NCBI GenBank assembly: GCA_051362555.1
Contig: CM120641.1
Span: 30,386,401 to 30,450,400, forward strand
Direction: 5' to 3'
DNA: 64,000 bases
Source of the DNA: Lingula anatina
Taxonomy: Eukaryota > Animalia > Brachiopoda
Program-made: the position numbers and the translations under genes
Notes under the pieces: model-generated
Told to the model about the DNA's origin: nothing
What the model saw: only the letters and a program-made list of their open reading frames with translations
The model's database searches: none
In this document: positions 56,183-64,000 of the stretch, piece by piece
Layout: every line of letters starts with the position of its first letter
Position numbering within the stretch: the stretch's first letter is position 1

Positions 56183-56468
56183 CCATAATTGTCCTCTGGA
56201 AAAGAATATATACCCATTTAAGACATCTCCTTACTACCAATACCAGATGCAGATTCCTCCTTACAATCGGTTTCTGGAATAGGGTTTAGCACACCATTTG
56301 ACAATGTCCTAAAGCTTGCCATATACCATCTATTGTACACATGGATGAGACATAGCATTGCTCTTGCTGTTGTCTTTTGCTGTCTGTTTTTTCTATAGGA
56401 ATTAGCCCTGACCAGACAGGAAGAATCAGTTCACCAAAAAAGCCATCATGCTGTATGGAAAAGGTCAC
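56183..56468 (-). repeat. Module core copy 35, type III
   Basis: Near-identical core. Confidence 0.9.
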
Positions 56469-58486
56469 CTGGAAAAAGAACAATATGTTTGATAAAAGTG
56501 AAAATTAAATTCTAAATATTGACAAATTTCCCACACTAAAATAGTAGAACAATAATTTTGATAAACTTAACCTAAACAGTTGACTATGTCTAATAAAAAG
56601 GACATTTTCAGAACATATAAATTTGAGAAATACTGAAAATGACATTTAAAAAACTGCCAAATTCCATGGCTTGAAATAGTTAAACGTTAATAATTTTCAC
56701 AAATCTTGTTCAAGATTTGTGAAATTTGGACAGATGATGCATAACAATAACAAAAATCTGTGATAAGCTCATCAGTTGACTGTGTCTCATGAAAAAGATT
56801 TTTTTTGGACAATAAATTTGAGAAAACTGACAATAACACTGAAACGACTGCCAAATTCCATGGCTAAAAATAGTTAAACGTTAATTATTTTCACAAATTT
56901 TGTCTAATATTTGTGAAATTTGGAAAGATGATGCATAACAACAATAAAAATCTGTGATAAGCTCATAAGTTGACTGTGTCTCATAAAAAGGATTTTTTTG
57001 GACAATAAAATTGAGAAAACGGAAAATGACATTGAAAAGAATGCAAAATGCGGTGCCTTAAAATAGTTAAACGTTAATAATTTTCACAAGTCTTGTTCAA
57101 GATTTGTGAAATTTGGACAGATGATGCATAACAATAATCAAAATCTGTGATAAGCTCATCAGCTGACTGTGTCTCATGAAAATCATTTTTCAGAGCATAT
57201 AAATGTGAGAAAACTGAAAATGACATTGAAAAGACTGCCAAATTCCATGGCTTAAAATAGTTAAACGTTAATAATTTTCACAAATCTTGTCTAATATTTG
57301 TGAAATTTGGAAAGATGATGCATAACAACAATACAAATCTGAGATAAGCTCATCAGTTGACTGTGTCTCATTTAAAAGATTTTTTTGGACAATAAATTTG
57401 AGAAAATTGAAAATGACACTGAGAAGACTGCAAAATGCAGTGCCTTAAAATAGTTAAACGTTAATAATTTTCACAAAACTTGTTCAATATTTGTGAAATA
57501 TAGACAGATGATGCATAACAATAATAAAAATCTGTGATAAGCTCATCAATTGAATGTGTCTCATGAAAAACATTTTTCAGAGCATATAAATGTGAGAAAA
57601 CTGAAAATGACATTGAAAAGACTGCCAAATTCCATGGCTTAAAATAGTTAAACGTTAATAATTTTCACAAATCTTGTCTAATGTTTGTGAAATTTGGATA
57701 GATGATGCATATCAACAATAAAAATCTGTGATAAGCTCGTTAGTTGCCTGTGTCTCATAAAAAAGATTTTTTTGGACAATAAAATTGAGAAAAACGGAAA
57801 ATGACATTGAAAAGACTGCAAAATGCGGTGCCTTAAAATAGTTAAACGTTTATAATTTTCACAAATCTTGTTCAAGATTTGTGAAATTTGGATAGATGAT
57901 GCATAACAATAATAAAAATCTGTGATAAGCTCATCAGTTGACTGTGTTTCATGAAAAACATTTTTCAGAGCATATAAATGTGAAAAAACTGAAAATAACA
58001 TTGAAAAGACTGCCAAATTCCAAGGCTTAAAATAGTTTAACGTTAATAATTTTCACAAATCTTGTCTAATATTTGTGAAATTTGGATAGATGATGCATAA
58101 CAACAATAAAAATCTGTGATAAGCTCATCAGTTGACTGTGTCTCATTAAAAAGATTTTTTTTGGACAATAAAATTGAGAAAATTGAAAATGAAACTGAAA
58201 AGACTGCAAAATGCGGTGCCTTAAAATAGTTAAATATTAATAATTTTCACAAAACTTGTTCAATATTTGTGAAATTTGGAGAGATGATGCTTAGCAATAA
58301 CAAAAATCTGTGATAAACTTAACAGTTGACAGTGTGTGATAGAATTGTAGTTGTCTGACATTTTGTATGCGAAGAGTGAGAATTATCTACAATATTTTTT
58401 TTTCAATTTCACAACATCTAATTAGACTCACATTAAACATCAAATATTATGATTTGAGTTTGTTTGTGTAAGAGGTGACAAATTAC

Positions 58487-58772
58487 CCATAATTGTCCTC
58501 TGGAAAAGAATATATACCCACTTAAGACATCTCCTTACTACCAATACCAGATGCAGATTCCTCCTTACAATCGGTTTCTGGAATAGGGTTTAGCACACCA
58601 TTTGACAATGTCCTAAAGCTTGCCATATACCATCTATTGTACACATGGATGAGACATAGCATTGCTCTTGCTGTTGTCTTTTGCTGTCTGTTTTTTCTAT
58701 AGGAATTAGCCCTGACCAGACAGGAAGAATCAGTTCACCAAAAAATCCATCACGCTGTATGGAAAAGGTCAC
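58487..58772 (-). repeat. Module core copy 36, type I
   Basis: Near-identical core. Confidence 0.9.
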
Positions 58773-59823
58773 CTAGAAAAAGAACAATATGTTTGATAAA
58801 AGTGAAAATTGAATTCTAAAAATTGACAAATTTCCCACATTAAAAAAGTTGAACAATAATTTTGATAAACTTAATCTAAACAGTTGACTATGTCTAATAA
58901 AAAGGACATTTTCAAAACATATAAATTTGAGAAATACTGAAAATGACATTGAAAAGACTGCCAAATTCCATGGCTTGAAATAGTTAAATGTTAATAATTT
59001 TCACAAATCTTGTCTAATGTTTGTGAAATTTGGATAGATGATGCATAACAACAATAAAAATCTGTGATAAGCTCATCAGTTGACTGTGTCTCATAAAAAA
59101 GATTTTTTTAGACAATTAAATTGAGAAAACAGAAAATGACATTGAAAAGACTGCAAAATGCGGTGCCTTAAAATAGTTAAACGTTAATAATTTTCACAAA
59201 TCTTGTCTAATGTTTGTGAAATTTGGATAGATGATGCATAACAACAATAAAAATCTGTGATAAGCTCATCAGTTGACTGTGTCTCATAAAAAAGATTTTT
59301 TTAGACAATTTAATTGAGAAAACAGAAAATGACATTGAAAAGACTGCAAAATGCGGTGCCTTAAAATAGTTAAACGGTAATAATTTTCACAAATCTTGTT
59401 CATGATTTGTGAAATTTGGACAGATGATGCATAACAATAATAAAAATCTGTGATAAGCTCATCAGTTGACTGTGTTTCATGAAAAACATTTTTCAGAGCA
59501 TATAAATGTGAAAAAACTGAAAATGACATTGCAAAGACTACAAAATTCCATGGCTTAAAATAGTTAAATATTAATAATTTTCACAAAACTCGTTCAATAT
59601 TTGTGAAATTTGGAGAGATGATGCTTAGCAATAACAAAAATCTGTGATAAGCTTAACAGTTGACAGTGTGTGATAGAATTGTAGTTGTCTGACATTTTGT
59701 ATGCGAAGAGTGAGAATTATCTACAATATTTTTTTTTTTTCAATTTCACAACATCTAATTAGACTCACATTAAACATCAAATATTATGATTTGAGTTTGT
59801 TTGTGTAAGAGGTGACAAATTAC

Positions 59824-60109
59824 CCATAATTGTCCTCTGGAAAAGAATATATACCCATTTAAGACATCTCCTTACTACCAATACCAGATGCAGATTCCTC
59901 CTTACAATCGGTTTCTGGAATAGGGTTTAGCACACCATTTGACAATGTCCTAAAGCTTGCCATATACCATCTATTGTACACATGGATGAGACATAGCATT
60001 GCTCTTGCTGTTGTCTTTTGCTGTCTGTTTTTCCTATAGGAATTAGCCCTGACCAGACAGGAAGAATCAGTTCACCAAAAAAGCCATCACGCTGTATGGA
60101 AAAGGTCAC
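59824..60109 (-). repeat. Module core copy 37, type I'
   Basis: Near-identical core. Confidence 0.9.
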
Positions 60110-60966
60110 CTAGAAAAAGAACAATATGTTTGATAAAAGTGAAAATTGAATTCTAAAAATTGACAAATTTCCCACATTAAAAAAGTTGAACATAATTTTG
60201 ATGAACTTAACCTAAACAGTTGACTATGTCTAATAAAAAGGACATTTTCAGAACATATAAATTTGAGAAATTCTGAAAATGACATTGAAAAAACTGCCAA
60301 ATTCCATGGCTTGAAATAGTTAAACGTTAATAATTTTCACAAATCTTGTCTAATATTTGTGAAATTTAGATAGATGATGCATAACAACAATACAAATCTG
60401 TGATAAGCTCATCAGTTGACTGTGTCTCATTTAAAAGATTTTTTTGGACAATTAAATTGAGAAAACAGAAAATGACATTGAAAAGACTGCAAAATGCGGT
60501 GCCTTAAAATAGTTAAACGTTAATAATTTTCACAAATCTTGTTCAAGATTTGTGAAATTTGGACAGATGATGCATAACAATAATAAAAATCTGTGATAAG
60601 CTCATCAGTTGACTGTGTTTCATGAAAAACATTTTTCAGAGCATATAAATGTGAAAAAACTGAAAATGACATTGCAAAGACTGCAAAATTCCATGGCTTA
60701 AAATAGTTAAATATTAATAATTTTCACAAAACTTGTTCAATATTTGTGAAATTTGGAGAGATGATGCTTAGCAATAACAGAAATCTGTGATAAGCTTAAC
60801 AGTTGACAGTGTGTGATAGAATTGTAGTTGTCTGACATTTTGTATGCGAAGAGTGAGAATTATCTACAATATTTTTTTTTTTTCAATTTCACAACATCTA
60901 ATTAGACTCACATTAAACATCAAATATTATGATTTGAGTTTGTTTGTGTAAGAGGTGACAAATTAC

Positions 60967-61252
60967 CCATAATTGTCCTCTGGAAAAGAATATATACCCA
61001 TTTAAGACATCTCCTTACTACCAATACCAGATGCAGATTCCTCCTTACAATCGGTTTCTGGAATAGGGTTTAGCACACCATTTGACAATGTCCTAAAGCT
61101 TGCCATATACCATCTATTGTACACATGGATGAGACATAGCATTGCTCTTGCTGTTGTCTTTTGCTGTCTGTTTTTCCTATAGGAATTAGCCCTGACCAGA
61201 CAGGAAGAATCAGTTCACCAAAAAAGCCATCACGCTGTATGGAAAAGGTCAC
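60967..61252 (-). repeat. Module core copy 38, type I'
   Basis: Near-identical core. Confidence 0.9.
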
Positions 61253-62302
61253 CTAGAAAAAGAACAATATGTTTGATAAAAGTGAAAATTGAATTCTAAA
61301 AATTGACAAATTTCCCACATTAAAAAAGTTGAACATAATTTTGATGAACTTAACCTAAACAGTTGACTATGTCTAATAAAAAGGACATTTTCAGAACATA
61401 TAAATTTGAGAAATTCTGAAAATGACATTGAAAAAACTGCCAAATTCCATGGCTTGAAATAGTTAAACGTTAATAATTTTCACAAATCTTGTCTAATATT
61501 TGTGAAATTTAGATAGATGATGCATAACAACAATACAAATCTGTGATAAGCTCATCAGTTGACTGTGTCTCATTTAAAAGATTTTTTTGGACAATAAATT
61601 TGAGAAAATTGAAAATGACACTGAGAAGACTGCAAAATGCGGTGCCTTAAAATAGTTAAACGTTAATAATTTTCAAAAATCTTGTTCAAGATTTGTGAAA
61701 TATGGACAGATGATGCATAACAATAATAAAAATCTGTGATAAGCTCATCAGTTGACTGTGTTTCATGAAAAACATTTTTCAGAGCATATAAATGTGAAAA
61801 AACTGAAAATGACATTGAAAAGAATGCAAAATGCGGTGCCTTAAAATAGTTAAACGTTAATAATTTTCACAAATCTTGTTCAAGATTTGTGAAATTTGGA
61901 CAGATGATGCATTACAATAATAAAAATCTGTGATAAGCTCAACAGTTGACTGTGTTTCATGAAAAACATTTTTCAGAGCATATAAATGTGAAAAAAACTG
62001 AAAATGAAATTGCAAAGACTGCAAAATTCCATGGCTTAAAATAGTTTAATGTTAATAATTTTCACAAAACTTGTTCAATATTTGTGAAATTTGGAGAGAT
62101 GATGCTTAACAATAACAAAAATCTGTGATAAGCTAAACAGTTGACAGTGTGTGATAGGATTGTAGTTGATTGACATTTTGTATGCGAAGAGTGAGAATTA
62201 TCTACAATATTTTTTTTTTCAATTTCACAACATCTAATTAGACTCACATTAAACATCAAATATTATGATTTGAGTTTGTTTGTGTAAGAGGTGACAAATT
62301 AC

Positions 62303-62494
62303 CCATAATTGTCCTCTGGAAAAGAATATATACCCATTTAAGACATCTCCTTACTACCAATACCAGATGCAGATTCCTCCTTACAATCGGTTTCTGGAAT
62401 AGGGTTTAGCACACCATTTGACAATGTCCTAAAGCTTGCCATATACCATCTATTGTACACATGGATGAGACATAGCATTGCTCTTGCAGGTCAC
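62303..62494 (-). repeat. Module core copy 39, type III, 94-bp internal deletion
   Basis: GCTCTTGC|AGGTCACC junction at 62487/62488. Confidence 0.9.
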
Positions 62495-63163
62495 CTGGAA
62501 AAAGAACAATATGTTTGATAAAAGTGAAAATTAAATTCTAAATATTGACAAATTTCCCACACTAAAATAGTAGAACAATAATTTTGATAAACTTAACCTA
62601 AACAGTTGACTATGTCTAATAAAAAGGACATTTTCAGAACATATAAATTTGAGAAATACTGAAAATGACATTTAAAAAACTGCCAAATTCCATGGCTTGA
62701 AATAGTTAAACGTTAATAATTTTCACAAATCTTGTTCAAGATTTGTGAAATTTGGACAGATGATGCATAACAATAATAAAAATCTGTGATAAGCTCATCA
62801 GTTGACTGTGTCTCATGAAAAAGATTTTTTTTGGACAATAAATTTGAGAAAACTGACAATAACACTGAAACGACTGCCAAATTCCATGGCTTAAAATAGT
62901 TAAACGTTAATTATTTTCACAAATTTTGTCTAATATTTGTGAAATTTGGAAAGATGATGCATAACAACAATAAAAATCTGTGATAAGCTCATAAGTTGAC
63001 TGTGTCTCATAAAAAGGATTTTTTTGGACAATAAAATTGAGAAAACGGAAAATGACATTGAAAAGAATGCAAAATGCGGTGCCTTAAAATAGTTAAACGT
63101 TAATAATTTTCACAAGTCTTGTTCAAGATTTGTGAAATTTGGACAGATGATGCATAACAATAA

Positions 63164-64000
63164 ACTACAATTAAGATAATTAATTGTATTTATGTAGGAA
63201 ATGGTTTGTTTTTAGTGGTGGTAATAGCTTTGTTGGTAATCCATCTACGCTTTGTTTATAGGAAGTAGTCTGGGTTTAGGTCTTGTGTCTGCACATTTTG
63301 ATCTTAAGTAGTTGACCAAGGCAAGGTGATAACAGATGTCCAGGGTCAAATTGTCTTAGCTGCTGTGTATCTAGGCACACAGTTAATTTTATATGAGTTT
63401 TAGGAAACTACTTCTTGCGAGCTGCATCAGCGAGAAGTCATTCAGCCTTTTAGCTGCGATGATATGTACACGCAATTTCAGCAGCTTCACAGTATTATAA
63501 TTTCTTGCGTTTCTTTATTTTAATTTTACATTGGTTACCAGCCATCAACTTTTGTGATTTCAAGATTTGGGGACGGCCAGTTTCTTGATACTTGGTGACT
63601 GTATTTTCTTCGGACATTATTCTGTTTTTCCAAGCCACCAGTTTTGTTATCAAGTTTCGGCGACGGCTGTTTCCTTTTATTTGGGAGACTTCAACTTCAA
63701 GTTCTTGGATCATACACAGGCCAGTAATTTTATATTATCTTCATTTCCCCCTTATTCACGTGTTCTAATAATCAGATTTATAGTCTGTCATGTGCTGCAG
63801 TTGTTAATTAATTTGTTTAGATGTCACTTTATCGTGTTATTCTTCAATTTTTGTTTTCCTCTTTGTGTGTAGCTATTTTATTCATATTGATATTTTTACC
63901 GGGCCAGGATTTCCGCTGTTTTTACATTTTCGGCTGTCGTTGACATGCCGTAATCTGTACGTTTCTGTCTTCATATTGTTTCCGTGTCCGCATTACCAGG
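63164..64000. other. Unique non-satellite flank; T-rich and relatively CpG-richer; function unknown (possibly a transposon UTR or intronic DNA)
   Basis: No monomer or module motifs after ...GATGCATAACAATAA at 63163. Confidence 0.7.

Larger units (their letters stand above)
1..63163. repeat. Composite tandem satellite array: (194-bp monomer)n + ~560-bp module, repeated; extends beyond the left edge of the window
   Basis: TTAATAATTTTCACAAA recurs every 194 bp (165, 359, ...). Module spacings fit ~560 + n x 194 (951, 1142, 1338, 1728, 1919, 2115, 2305, 2498). All units have the same orientation. Confidence 0.98.

Noticed and set aside
1683-61252. ~36 repeated 60-71-aa minus-strand ORFs (..FSIQRDGFFGELILPVWSG..) as a tandem gene family
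   Set aside because: They start at GTG/TTG, have no recognisable domain, show mostly replacement changes, and include frameshift, nonsense and deletion copies. Kept only as a pseudo-exon hypothesis.
165-62259. ORFs such as MFNYFKPWNL..., MAVFSMSFSV... and the 112-114-aa ORFs
   Set aside because: Chance F/S/I/L-rich translations of the T-rich strand of the monomer. The 194-bp period is not a multiple of 3, and the ORFs appear and disappear with single SNPs.
1-63163. CRISPR-like repeat/spacer array
   Set aside because: Units are far too long, the interspersed modules are near-identical rather than unique, and there are no cas genes.
63495-63872. ORFs 63495-63713 (-) and 63567-63872 (+)
   Set aside because: Short, overlapping in antisense and compositionally biased (K/R-rich vs F-rich), with no recognisable motifs; the plus-strand ORF has a TTG start.

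Overview
Eukaryotic-type, very AT-rich heterochromatin-like DNA with no credible protein gene. Bases 1-~63163 are one uninterrupted head-to-tail composite satellite. Runs of 2-10 copies of a ~194-bp monomer (two subtypes, A and B, often alternating as a 388-bp dimer and rich in palindromes) are punctuated 39 times, at essentially the same monomer position, by a conserved ~560-bp module (37 complete, 1 truncated, 1 internally deleted). The module has a near-invariant, less AT-rich 286/289-nt core. On the minus strand this core is bounded by a canonical acceptor (TTGTTCTTTTTCYAG|G) and donor (GG|GTAATT), so it looks like one exon repeated 39 times with satellite as introns. Alternative readings are an old insertion with a target-site-like duplication, or a head-to-tail MITE/Helitron-like concatemer. 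Modules and monomers form nested higher-order duplications (~0.39, 1.1, 1.5, 3.06, 6.1 and 9.7-11 kb). The array ends abruptly mid-monomer at ~63163 and is followed by ~840 bp of unique sequence. All ORF-track entries in the array are repeat-derived. The organism cannot be identified from the sequence.
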